DNA of 64,000 nt from NCBI GenBank assembly GCA_012295275.1, contig CM022679.1, positions 14,384,001 through 14,448,000 of the forward strand, written 5' to 3'. The notes beneath the pieces were generated by a model. It did no database searches. It was given only the letters and a program-made list of their open reading frames with translations, and was not told the DNA's origin. Shown piece after piece: positions 26,462-40,735 of this stretch. Made by a program: the position numbers and the translations under genes. Source of the stretch: Chrysomallon squamiferum (taxonomy: Eukaryota; Animalia; Mollusca). The first letter of the stretch is position 1. Each line of letters starts with the position of its first letter.

Positions 26462-28999
26462 GTTAATTAAAAAAACAACAAAAAACCCATAACCCAAAAG
26501 ACAAAGAAAACAAAAGAATAAACCTAGAAATGAAACACAACATACACAGAAAACACACACAGACAAACAACAAAATGACCAAAAATAAAATAAGTTTCTA
26601 ATATTCTGGGAAAAGACTTAATAAATATTTGTAAAAAATCGATTTCTCATCATTTCCATTTAATGTCCATCAGTTAGAAACATAAATTTAAAAAAACAAA
26701 ATAAAATTTTCTTAACCAAAATACACACACGTTTTTAACATTTCTTTAACACAAATGACTGTCACAGAAATCATTTTCCACATATATATTTATAATAATA
26801 ATAATAATAAATAAATAATTAAATAAATAAATAAATATTAATAATAACATAAAAAAAAAAAATCAGACAAACCCCTTATGAAGCATTTATAAATAAAAGT
26901 ACTAATAAAATTATCTCCCTTTTCAAAAGCAAATTTACCAAGCAAATAATGAAACATTTATTTAAAAACTAAATACATCTAATAGTGCTACAAAGCAAAC
27001 AGAAATCTGATGTAACTCATCAAAAGAACAATTTTTTAAATGTTTTATAATAGTAATAAATAAACTGTGTCCAGTAATACTATATGTGTATTTAAAAATA
27101 ATAATAATAAAAAAAAAAATTAATTATAATAATTTTTTAACAAATATGTTTTAAAACACCAGTGGTTTTTTACAATTTAAAAATAAGAAAAACCAATTAT
27201 TATTATGAATAATATTATCAACATTTTAAAAATGACTGTCTATTTGATATGGATGTATCCATGATTATGAAAATATTATTTTCATTATGCTCGATGTAAT
27301 TCAAAAGATAAAATGAGTTTCATGATGGAGATGAAAAAAAAAAAATAGTGCATGCAGGATGCAACCCATTTTTGTTCCCTGTGTTACTAACATTTTGTTT
27401 TTGAATATATATTTAACTTCAAAATAATTTAGTTATTACTTTTTTAATCTTCCCCACTATTTAAATATTTTTGAACAAATTAATAATTTGAAAAGATGAC
27501 AGTATCCCTAAGTCTTTTCTTACCACAAATAAAAAAAAAAAAAAAAAAAAAAGAAATAAACAAAGAAATAAATAAATATATAAATTAGAAAAAAAAAAAA
27601 AAAAAAAAAAAGAAGATAAAAAAAAATATGAAAAAAAATAAAAATATGAAATAAGATAAAACAATAAATAAACAAAAATGTTTTAAATAAATAAAAAAGA
27701 TAATAATAATTATAATAAAAAATATGAAAAATGATGATTCTAATAAAAATAAATTTAAAAAGAATTCAAAGGACACTGCTGCCATTTAAAAATGGATACA
27801 CATGTAAAATACTTTGTCTACTGCTCTGAACAAAACTGCTCAGCTTACATTTGTCAAGTCTCTGCTACAGATACTGGGATCAAATACACATACTAGCACC
27901 TATATTATAATATATATATATATATATATATATTGTTGATTTATCTACATGATTGGCTCTATTTCACATTTCTATTAATCGTGGTTTATTGGGTGCTTCT
28001 CTATAAATTCTAGAGAAAATATTTACCAAAATTCTGTTCTGTTTTTCGTTGGATTAATATAAATATGAATGTCATTTTATGCTAAGTTTTATCATTCAAA
28101 ACTGAATTTCTTTTCTAAACATTTCCTCAAACAGCATGTTTTTTTTTTTTTTTTTTTTTGCATGTTTGCAGGTTTGAATCTTGGTTGAGTCTTACTTTGA
28201 TGTTTTTGTTTTGTTTTTTTAAACATAAAGTTTCTCTCCTTAAATATCTTGTCTTGACATTTTTCTCATGGAAATATTTAGTCTTTCAGAATGAATTTTA
28301 AACATCCACTTTTATTGTCTCTCTCTCTCTCATCAAAGTTGTTAGGTTCTTACATGATATTCAAGTCTTTTGCATTGTGTCCTCAATATCAAATTCTAAC
28401 ATTTGTCTAAAAAAAAACATATTTTTTTTTTTTTTAAATTTATTATACTTAAATCTGAACATCAAATTTTAACATTTGACTATCAAATTATTGTAATGTT
28501 TGTCATTATGTTGATGTACAATGTCTTTCATTTGGCTGGAAATGAGCAAGCCAAGGAGTATTGTATTATAAACCTGGGGGGAGGGGGTGGTTGTTTTTCT
28601 AAGGAAGAAAAGGGCGAGGAAGGGAGGGATGATATATCAGAACATTTTACACTGTAGTCTACAATAAACCTTATTTTTCTCTTCTTTATTTAAAAAAAAA
28701 AAAAATAATTTCTCACCTCTGAAGATGGAAATAGGTGAAATAAGGAAGGATAATGCCAGGAACCTTTACATTCTATACTACACTAAATTTAACATGTCAT
28801 AAATGTTTTATAATAAGTATGTCATCTTCTGGGATGGTTAATTCATGAGAATGGAAGTTATATTCTGCACTAAACTTTAACTGTTTTACTTTTATTTTTA
28901 TTATTATTAATATATATATTTTTTAAAGTAGTCTCTGCTCTGGCTGGATGCTCTATGGGGGATGGGAGGGGGTGAGGTAAGAAGAAGGGTGGGGCTGTT

Positions 29000-29242
29000 T
29001 TAAATCTGAACATTGATGATCTTCTTGGCCTGCAGAGCTGAGAAGAGGATGTAGAGAACCCAGAGGACGATGAAGAGAACTGCACACATGTACTTCGGTA
29101 TGACAGCACCGCCCAGCTCACCCCTCCCGAACACGCCCAGGTACCGCCTCAGCACCAGCACAAACAGGGCTATGGTGGCAGCGATTGTGTAGAGCACCAC
29201 GCTGAAACCAAGAGATCCTGGAGGCACTTCAAAATCTTTACC
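29000..29242 (-). CDS. NCX: NCX terminal coding exon 10
   Basis: ttccag|GGT AAA GAT...; FEVPPGSLGFSVVLY...LRR...GELGG...LWVLYILFSALQ, then TAA at 29000-29002. Confidence 0.95.
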   Translation of the reverse strand, partial: GKDFEVPPGSLGFSVVLYTIAATIALFVLVLRRYLGVFGRGELGGAVIPKYMCAVLFIVLWVLYILFSALQAKKIINVQI

Positions 29243-30738
29243 CTGGAAGTGACAAGCACAGAGAAGAAAAATGTTACAAAACAGATTGTTGTTGTTAGAT
29301 ACAACTGAATGAATGAATGAATGAACTAATAAGTTAATGAACAAATAAACAAAATGAAATAAATAAGTAAATAAGTAAAATAAAATAAAATAAAGAAAAA
29401 TATAAACAGAGAAAACAAGAAAGAAAATGAAAGAATAAATGCAGCTTTCCTTGTCTTCTTACCACCTTGACTTATTTAAATTAATGTTTCAGTGGATGAA
29501 TCAGATTTGTTAATGACAGCATGAAACAACACGTACAGACAGACAGAAAATCATTAAACCCTGTTTTCACTCTCACAGACATCTTCAGATCAGCCAAGGC
29601 CTCCTTGGGGACAATGTGGCTCCTAGAGAAAATGGCTGAATTACACAATAATACGAATGATGACTTTGGCTCCAGTTCATTTTGTAAATGTATTTCAGTT
29701 TCAGTTTTTCCTTCTCTCAGTATCACCTGACTCAACAGACAGACAACTCATCTGTTTTGGCTGCAGTGAACTAGATTCAGGTTATGTTTGATAAATATCT
29801 TAGAATTTTTAATCTTTGTTTTCATTTAATAGCATGTGTCGTAGACAAAACACAAAAACAAATGTGTTGTAATATTAATGCAAATAACATGGTCTCAGAT
29901 TCTGTTTTTAACATTAAATGATTAATACCATATTCTACAGTATTGATTTTAATTTTTTATTTTTTCATCATTTCACTTCAGTGTTAATATATTCTGAATG
30001 CAAACTACAAAATTCATTATGCAAATTGGATGTAAGGGTCCTTTTTCAGTGACAAAATATAATATTAAATTTTATTTACTTTAGCTTTTATTTTGTTTAT
30101 TTTACCTTTTAAAATTCTTTATTTAAAAAAGTTGTGAAATGAAAACAAATGTACATACTAAAATGTCAGAAACATTAGAAAACTAAATGAAAATAATCTG
30201 TTAATAAATTTCATGATATATATTTTATTATTACATATTAATGAAATGATGTCTGATAGATCCAAAATATTAAATGCATTATCTTATACTTTATGAATGT
30301 AATTTAATTAAAAAAATAATTGTTTTGACATGTAAATTTAATACATTTTTTTTTTTTTAATATATTTTGCAAAAATAGATGTATATGATTTTACAAATTA
30401 ATGAAAAATGAGTTTATGTCCTATGTTTCACACACACACATACAAACAGAACATGCACACAAATACCCACAAAGACAAAAACACACCAAACACACACAGA
30501 AGAAAAAAACAAGCACAACATAGAACACATACACATCAGCATACACACACAAATGCAAACATACACAGACACAAACACATACACACACAACCATCCTTAC
30601 AACATACACAGAAGCAAACATAAACACATCACAGAACATACATATGCACACACACATATACAGACATACATACACAAACACACACTCACACAACCATCCT
30701 TACAACATACACAGAAGCAAACATAAACACATCACAGA

Positions 30739-30771
<33 letters not shown>

Positions 30772-30796
30772 GACAGACAGAAACAAATAACACAGA

Positions 30797-30829
<33 letters not shown>

Positions 30830-33452
30830 GACAGACACACACTGTAATTCACAACAAATGAAAAGTCTGTTACTGATATTTCTCACCTCTTTGACGTTCC
30901 AGTAGATGGTGGCAATAAGCCAGGACAGACCGAGCCCTAAAAAGACGTTGACAGAGTTGCTGCCGTTGACGTTGCCAACACTGCTGTCAGCATACTTCTC
31001 CATAATGGCGGCCGTCTTGCTGGCAAACGTGTCTGGCATGCTGGTTCCCAAGGCAACCAATGTGATAGCAGTGATGCTGTCTTCCAGACCAATCAAACAG
31101 CCAAATATCCCAGCAAGGTCACCAATGATAGCAGTGAGGAAGCCAATCACAGCAAGTGATATACAAAATGCTGGCCAGCCTCCAAGATACTGTGCTGGAG
31201 GGATAAAGGCGAAGAGGATCTGGAAGGATAAAACAAATTAAAATTAAATACTTTGTATATATATATATATATGTGTGTGTGTATATGTGTGTGTGTGTCA
31301 TATACTGAGTGATTTCTGCATGACGATGAAATGTCTTTTCCATAGCTTTCCATGAAAACAAAAGTCAATGGTTTTCTAGAGTTCCATAAAGTCAAATTCT
31401 TTGTCAGTCATGGTTGTCACTGGAATCGTGGTGGATTATGCTGCCATCATTGATCATGATTTCTGTGATACAATAACATTTCAGAACATTAAGTCTGAAA
31501 GCTCACAAAAATTACACAGAGTTTAAAGTCCCCACAAAAATCAAATACAATTGTCTGAAAGTCTATAAAAATTACATAAAATGATGTCTGGAGTCGATAA
31601 AATTCACATAAAATTTATTGAAAAAAAAAAAAAATAAAAATAAAAAATATGTTTGAAACTTCATAAACATTACATAAAACTGTGTCTGTAAGTCCACAGA
31701 ATTCAAATAAAATTGTCTGAAAGCAAAACGAACATGATGTCGAGTACCTTCCAGAAAAACGTTGCGAAGTGTAGGATGTAATCAAGGAGGGTGGCTGTAG
31801 CCAGGTCTCCGCCGTTGACGTTCATGGCGTTTTTGAACTGAGAGACATATGTCGACTTTTCCAGCTGAAGTGCGTCAAGATTGGCCTTTGTCAGGCTGAG
31901 AATACGTGATACAAGACCATTGTACTCTGAAATGTAAGTGAATATGTTTTAAAAAGGTTTTTAAGAAAGAAGAAGAAGACGAAAAAGAAAACAATATGCA
32001 AACTGGTTGATAAAGCTTTAATGTAACATCTACTGACAATTCATTATATATATATGTATATACTGAACAAAAAAGTTATGAATTGTTCACATATGAATCA
32101 TAATTATTTTGTGGAGAAGAGTTTATTACCAAATTGTTAATATAATTATTGTAAAGAGCCTTTCCCTTGAAAACAAAGAGAATACACATTTCACACATGT
32201 TTTTTTTTGTAATTTATTTATTTTTTATTAAGTACTTTAAACACTTACAAAACCAAAACAACAACAAATCACTTACCATCGTCATTAACTATGGTTATGA
32301 TTGTTTTCTTGATCTTGCCAATCTGGGCCCCTCCTGTGGCTTCAAGCAGATCCACTTGAAAACAGTCGTCTCGTTCAGCTTTCTGAAACATTGAGAAAAA
32401 ACATTTAACTACTGGATCATTTCAATCAGAACCTCTCAAAACATGGACCATGGACCATTTTACTTAACATCCAAAACTAAATTTCATTACAATGTTTCCA
32501 TCACTTCACATCATCAGTTGAAACTAAACAATGTGGTTTTTGATGCTTATTTTAATACTGTTTTCTCTTTTCACATCATAAAGACAATTTTGTTACCAAA
32601 GTTTCTAAACATATTGCATTATCAGTTAAAACAAAAATAATAATGTAGTTCATTCAACAGCTTATTTTATCACTGATTTTCTCTTTACAAAACAAACAAA
32701 CAAAGACAGCTTCGTTGTGAAAGTTTCTGTCATGTGACAAATTATCAGTTAAAACAAAATAATAATGTAGTCATTCAACAGCTTATTTTATCACTGTTTT
32801 CTTCTTACAAAACAAACAAACAAAGACAGCTTCATTATGAAAGTTTCTGTCATGTGACAAATTATCTTGACACTCACGTTGCTGGGAAACAGTGGTATGT
32901 CGATAGTCAGGTTGGTCTCCTGGTTGTCAAACTTCAGCTCTCCCTCGCCCCCCTTGTAGTCTATCCCATCCTTGGCGGTGATGTCCTTGGTCTTCCAAGT
33001 CACTGAAACGTGGCCATCAGCACCATTGATTCGCTGAACCGGAACCCGAGCCATCAGCAGACTCTCCTTGATAACGATACTCGGTTTAGCGAACTCCAGT
33101 ATGCCCGGCTCTGAAAGGGTTAATTGTTGATATTTGTTAATGCTGTTGTGTTTCAGTGTGAACAGGGAAGGTGGCTCTCCTGAGAGAAACAGTTGTGTCG
33201 CTTTACAATTGTTAAGTAGCGTTTTGTTGACTATGAATGAATGAGATAGATATGGAGATTTTAAAAATAAATGAGATAAAGGGAAAACAAAAAAAAAAAA
33301 TAAAGAAAGGATGAGTAAGAAAAACTGGCAGAATAATTAATACAAAACAAATGTTTCCAAAAAAAAAGAAAAAAATGAAAATGTCTGGAATGGGAAATTA
33401 TAAGTAAATCATTCAGTCTTGCAGTACTGCTGTGGTGTGTATAAATGTGTGA

Positions 33453-33494
<42 letters not shown>

Positions 33495-33499
33495 ATGTG

Positions 33500-33540
<41 letters not shown>

Positions 33541-33872
33541 TGTGTTTGAATGCAATCTGCACTTACCATCATCGTTGATGATAGTGATCTGACAGATGGC
33601 GATGTTGCCGAGAGCGATGTTGTCATCAGGCTCTGTGGTCAGTTTGACGAAGAAGAACTCGTCAGGTTCCCACTCAAAGTCATCAACGATCTCAATGAAG
33701 ATTTGTCTCAGAGTCTCGTCCTTCGCAAACTTCACTTTCTCATCAAATGTCTTGTAGTCCTCCCCTGCTAGAGCAGTTCCATTGATAGTCTCCACTCTGT
33801 GTGACAACAACAACAACAACAACAATTAAACTAGCTATAACAACAACAATAATAGTAATAGTAGTAGTAGTA

Positions 33873-33923
<51 letters not shown>

Positions 33924-34068
33924 GTAATAGTATTAGTAGAAGTAGAAGTAATGGTAATAGTAATAATAGTAATAGTGATAATAATAATAGTAACAATAAT
34001 AATAATAATAACAGTAATAGTAGTAGTAGTAGTAGTAGTAATAATAATAATAGTAACAGTAGTAGTAA

Positions 34069-34099
<31 letters not shown>

Positions 34100-35155
34100 A
34101 ATAAGAATAGTAATAGTAGTCGTAGAAGTAATAATAATAATAGTAGTAACAAGAACAAATCTTTATTTGGAGTGCTCAGTATAAAAATAATTATTGGTAG
34201 GTGTGATGATCATGTAATCTGTATTTCAAAAAACTGGAAAAAAAGACATGTTAAAAAAAACAAAAAACATTAACATTACAAATAATAATTAAAAAAACCC
34301 ACATCATAGTAATTATTTAAAAAACACCACTCTCTTTGTATCATTTTTAAGCCATTTTCCCAACAGAAACAGAATTACTCTGTCAAGAAACAAAATTCAC
34401 CATCAAAGTAATTATTTATGTATTATGATACTGTCCACACACCTGACTCTCTTTACTAGCAATTTAAATCTTTTCTACTCCACACAACTGACTCTCTTTA
34501 CTAGTAATTTAACTCTTTTCTACTCCACACACCTGACTCTCTCTTTACTAGTAATTTAACTCTTTTCTACTCCACACAACTGACTCTCTCTTTACTAGCA
34601 ATTTAAATATTTTCTACTCCACACAACTGACTCTCTTTACTAGTAATTTAAATATTTTCTACTCCACACAACTGACTCTCTTTACTAGTAATTTAAATAT
34701 TTTCTACTCCACACACCTGACTCTCTCTTTACTAGTAATTTAAATCTTTTCTACTCCACACACCTGACGGTCACTGGGCAGTCCAGCTTGCCGTGACGAC
34801 GGATGCCAATTCTGACCTTGCCCACATTCTCCAGCACAGCTACCGCAGCAGCAGTGAATTCGACAACAGGTCTGGTGCCACCCATGCTGTGGTCGAAGTG
34901 TTTTGTCGGGCCGCCATGTTCAGCTCGTTCCTCTTCAGGAAGCTGAATCTTCTCATACAACTGAAACGAAGAGCACAAAATAAATATATATGTATCATTT
35001 TTAATAATTTCATTATTCTTAATTTTAAATTCTGCTTCATTTATTTTGAGATACATAAATAAATCATAATAATAATGCAGTGGCTGTTACTACTACTATT
35101 AATAATAATAATAATAATGATGATAATAATAATAATAATATTAATAATAATATTG

Positions 35156-35186
<31 letters not shown>

Positions 35187-35668
35187 TGATAATAATAATA
35201 ATAATATTAATAATAATATTGATAATAATAATAATAATAATAGTATTAACAATAATATTAATGATAATAATAATAATAATATTGATAATAATGTTAATAA
35301 TAATATTAATAATAATAATAATACTGATAATGATGATAATAATAATAATAGTTAAATAAATAAATAACAAAAACAAACAAGGAATCAAACAACAAATTAA
35401 TTAATTAACAGTCAATAACGAAATTCATAACACAAGAAAAAATGCAAATATAAACGGTAGATATATCTGTTATGTCACTACAGGCTGTTGGATACAGTCA
35501 GTGTTGGAATATTTCATTATTCAAGTATTCACTGCTGTGACAGCTGGACAATGACAAATAAACAGACTCAGTGTCTAACACTTAATTCAGCAACAGCTCT
35601 TAAATAAAATTACTATCACTATATTTAGACATCCAAACAACAAGATATATATATATATATATATATTT

Positions 35669-35700
<32 letters not shown>

Positions 35701-38700
35701 CATTGTAATCAATATATGTTGGCATAACAGTTCAAGTCTTTGAAAAATGTCTGTATGCTTTAACCAATACATAAAAATAGGCTTATTTGTATTTATGTCT
35801 GTAGGCTTAAGAACTGCAATCAATGAAAAAATGATTGTATGTCTGAACGAGTTCATAAAATGACTTGTGAATAAGCTGATATATATCATTACCTATAGCC
35901 ATAGGAACTACAATCTTTGCATTCTGTATGTATGTATGTATGTATGTGATCAATAATGTATTATCATTTGTTTGAAAGGTGTCTGTATATCTGTTCATAT
36001 GTATGTGCATATTTGAATTTGCAGTGACATGGAAAATAGAATGAACATGTTCACTTGACTTGTTAAAGCTACATTATTTTACCTGTGTGAAATATAGCCA
36101 ACCAGACTATGTATAAGTCTTTAACAAACATTTTTTTATTTTTTACTTTTCAAATTGTTGTCAGTCTGTCTGTTCTTCTATAAAAATTACATTTTCTCAT
36201 GACATAAAATACTTCTGGAATTCTTGTAGATAAATTATTCATCCATCTGTCAAAATTACATCTAGATTTTTATTAAAAACTAATATTTTGGCTGGCTTTT
36301 TTTCTTTTTTCATTCATTATTATTATTTTTTAAAATATCATTTATTTATACCAAAGGGACCTAATTAAATTTTTTGATTTTTAAAAACAGTCTATCTGTC
36401 CATCAGGACTAGATTTAACAAATATTGAACTAAAGATTTTAACATTATTATTATTATTTGTGATTTTTTGAAAACCAATCCAGTTTTCATGTCTGTCTGA
36501 CATGACTTACATCTTGGAAATCAAAACTTTAGGAACGAGTTTCTAAGAATCAGATTTACATCTTGGAAAGTAGACAGAACTTTAGTTTCTAAGAATCATG
36601 TGACTTACATCTTGGAAAGTAGACAAAACTTTAGGAACGAGTTTCTAAGAATCACGTGACTTACATCTTGGAAAGTAGACAAAACTTTAGGAACAGGTTT
36701 CTAAGAATGACTTACATCTTGGAAAGTAGACAAAACTTTAGGAATGAGTTTCTAAGAGTCACGTGACTTACATCTTGGAAAGTAGACAAAACTTTAGGAA
36801 CGGGTTTCTAAGAATCACGTGACTTACATCTTGGAAAGTAGACAAAACTTTAGGAACGAGTTTCTAAGAGTCACGTGACTTACATCTTGGAAAGTAGACA
36901 AAACTTTAGGAACAGGTTTCTAAGACTCACGTGACTTACATCTTGGAAAGTAGACAAAACTTTAGGAACGAGTTTCTAAGAGTCACGTGACTTACATCTT
37001 GGAAAGTAGACAAAACTTTAGGAATGAGTTTCTAAGAGTCACGTGACTTACATCTTGGAAAGTAGACAAAACTTTAGGAACGAGTTTCTAAGAATCACGT
37101 GACTTACATCTTGGAAAGTAGACAAAACTTTAGGAACGAGTTTCTAAGAATCACGTGACTTACATCTTGGAAAGTAGACAGAACTTTAGGAATGAGTTTC
37201 TTTCCACCAGTCATGGCTCGGGTGGCATGGATACGATACCAGCCGCGGTCATGTGACTTCTCTTCAATCAGCTTCTTTGCTGCGATCTTAGCGGCTTCTT
37301 CTTCCGGCAGATCCTCAAAGCGACCAAGATCCTGAAAAAAAAAAAAAATAACAATAATCTCACGATTAAGTATTAAGTTGTTGTTACAGAAATACAAATT
37401 AAAAATTATGCAAGAACAAGAACAAAAACAACAACAACAACAACAAAAAAAGGAATAATAATTATAAAAATGAAGAAAAAGTAAAGAGTTTTTTTTTATG
37501 AACCAGGATTGTAAGAAAGGATAAATTGACAGGGTTTACAATGCAACAAGTACATATACAAAAGAAAGAATGAAAAGAAAAGAACCAGAAAACTGAGGTA
37601 TTTTTATTTTTTTATTATTTTTTTTCACATATTTGTGAATAGTAATTACAAAATTAAAATAGATTTAAAAATATTGTCAGTCATTCAATTTACCTAAATA
37701 TACTTTATTTACTGACAACTGCTTTAATTACACTAGTCACCTAGTCTTTCTTAATAATAAAGTACGACAACATAACATTTATATATATATTAATTTTATT
37801 TATTGTTTTAACTATTTATGTTTTTACATTCAAAATGTGCAATAATATATTCAGATCTGTGTGAAAATAGAATACCCTAAGTTATATATAACAGAATTAT
37901 TTATTTTACTTGTAACATTATTTATTACCTTCGCCAGTTTAATGATCTCTGCATCACCCTGGGTCTGGTCTTCTGTAGCTCCAGCCTCAACCTCATCTGT
38001 CAGTGTATACTTATTAGTTGAAGGTTCACCTGAATCACAAACAAAATATATATACCTATCTGGTCACTTACACGACAAAACCAAAAATATATATGCTCAC
38101 CCATTTTACAAACAAAAAATATATGTGCTCACCTATCTTACAAAAAATAAATAATTAAATAAATATGTATATATGTGCTCACCTACATTACAAACAAAAT
38201 TAAAACATGTTCACTTATGTTATAAACTAAAAATATGTGCTCAAAAACATTACAAAATGTATCCATGCTCACTAACATTACAAATTACTAATAGGTGCTT
38301 ATTCAGATTACAAAATATGCATGCTTATTTATATTAGAAACTAAAAAATATATGTGCTCAACACTAATGTATAAAATAAACACACATATCTATCTACTTT
38401 CTTACATTACAAAATAATAGCTACACTAATAATTTAAAATTAAATAAATCCAAAATAAATAAATAAAATAATAATAATTAAAAAGCACAAAACAAACAAG
38501 ATATATGTCCATGCTCATATACATGTGCATATATAACATGCCAAAAAACACACACAAAAAAAAAATACACAAAAAAAACAATAAAAAAAAAGAAAAAACA
38601 GAGACACACAAAACAAAGCAAAAAAACACAACAAATGAGAAAAAAAAAAAAGAACAAAATTATAAATGAAAAATGCATAAATTTGTATGCTGAGAACAAC

Positions 38701-39133
38701 ATGAATTTTAATGAAAACAAATAAATAATAAAATCGTATGAAACAAACATGCATCTGCAGACTAAACATGCATTTGCAGACTAAACATGCATGTGAAATT
38801 ATAACTAGCTCTAAAGCAAAAAATTTCTGTTAAGTAAATAACTAAAATTAAAAATAATTCCAAAATATTGATATCTGTGTATGTATTTTAAATGTGCTCT
38901 GGCAAAAGATAAATAAGCCTATATTAAAAAAGTAATTAAAAAACAACAACAATACAAAATTAATAAAAGTTATACATGTATATATTCTCTGCTAATTTAT
39001 AATTATTTACATAGCCTTTTTAAATTCATTGTTTTACATCAGCATTGCTAATAATTAAAGTTAATTGAATAAAAAGAGAGAATTTAAGCTTTATTCTTAC
39101 AATGAAACCTTTAAGAAAAGTTTGAACAAAGAA

Positions 39134-39172
<39 letters not shown>

Positions 39173-39632
39173 AAAAGTTTTTTCTTTAACATATTTAATA
39201 ACAATTAAATTTAATTTTATGAGGTATAGTGTTGGTGGGTGTTGTCTGTATTTTTCTAAATATCTATCATGGAAACAAAGAAAAACATTATTTTTAAATC
39301 AAGGTGAAAATTTTAACTAGCTACTTCTATCAGACAACACTAATAATAATAATAACAACAGTAACAGTAAGAATTACAAAAACTTTATCTACTACTAAAA
39401 ATTGCTTTTCTCACCTGGCAAGCCTGAAGCATATATGTTAAGCATATATATATATTATATATATATATATATACATATATAGATATATATATAGATTAGT
39501 ATATTCTAGTGGTCACTACACAGAAAAAAGCATTGATGAACAAATGACTGTAAGGATGAATGATAAAATGTAGTTGTAAAATATTTTTAAAAAGGATAAT
39601 AAATAATTTTAAAAAATTATACAAATAATAAC

Positions 39633-39689
<57 letters not shown>

Positions 39690-40080
39690 GGTAATAACAA
39701 CAAAAAAACCCAATAATAACAAGACTAAAAATAATGTACAAATTCAGCATTTAATCTGTGGTTTATTGGAGGAAATAACAAAAGAATACTCAATTTTGTT
39801 TTCCCATCACAAAGTAATCAGGGGAGATAATGACAGTCAAATTCTATTACCAAATAATCAATCTCTTGATAAAATATAATTACAGAGTTCATTACTAGAA
39901 GATAAAAAAACAAAACCCCCCAAAAAACATACCATAACAAAATGTCTTGTTTTAAGAAATTATAATATTCATGTTATATTCAGTTATTTTTTAATTTTAT
40001 TTATTTATTTATTATATTTTTTGGCAGAAATGTTATTCTGCATCAAAATACTTTTAGAATGTACAAGAAGAAGAAAATAG

Positions 40081-40139
<59 letters not shown>

Positions 40140-40614
40140 TGAAACACAATTATCAGGAAAAGTGAATGACACATTTTTAATATTTTGAATACTAATAACT
40201 TTCTTTATGTTGCAGAATTTCAGAAACAAATAAAAAAATAAAATAAAATAAAAATAAAAGAACAAGTGAGAACATTAATATCTCAGAAATTATTTAAACA
40301 ATCATTCTATTCAATGATTTAGATCTAAACACATTAGTGACTATATATAAATAGTTACTCTACATAAAAGTAGTGGAGAGAAAACACAAATATAAATAAA
40401 AACAAAGAATTAAAAAATTGTATAAAATATCTAAATAAAAATACTACATTAGCACTTCTATATGCTACTCACAACATCTAAAAAAACAGAACTGGCAAGC
40501 TAATCATTATTATCTTGATTATTGTTATTAATATTATTGTATTATTATTTTTATTTTGATATTATTATTGTTATTATTATTATTATTTTGATATTATTAG
40601 TATTGTTGGTGTTG

Positions 40615-40673
<59 letters not shown>

Positions 40674-40701
40674 GTTATTATTATTTATTATTTTATTATT
40701 A

Positions 40702-40735
<34 letters not shown>

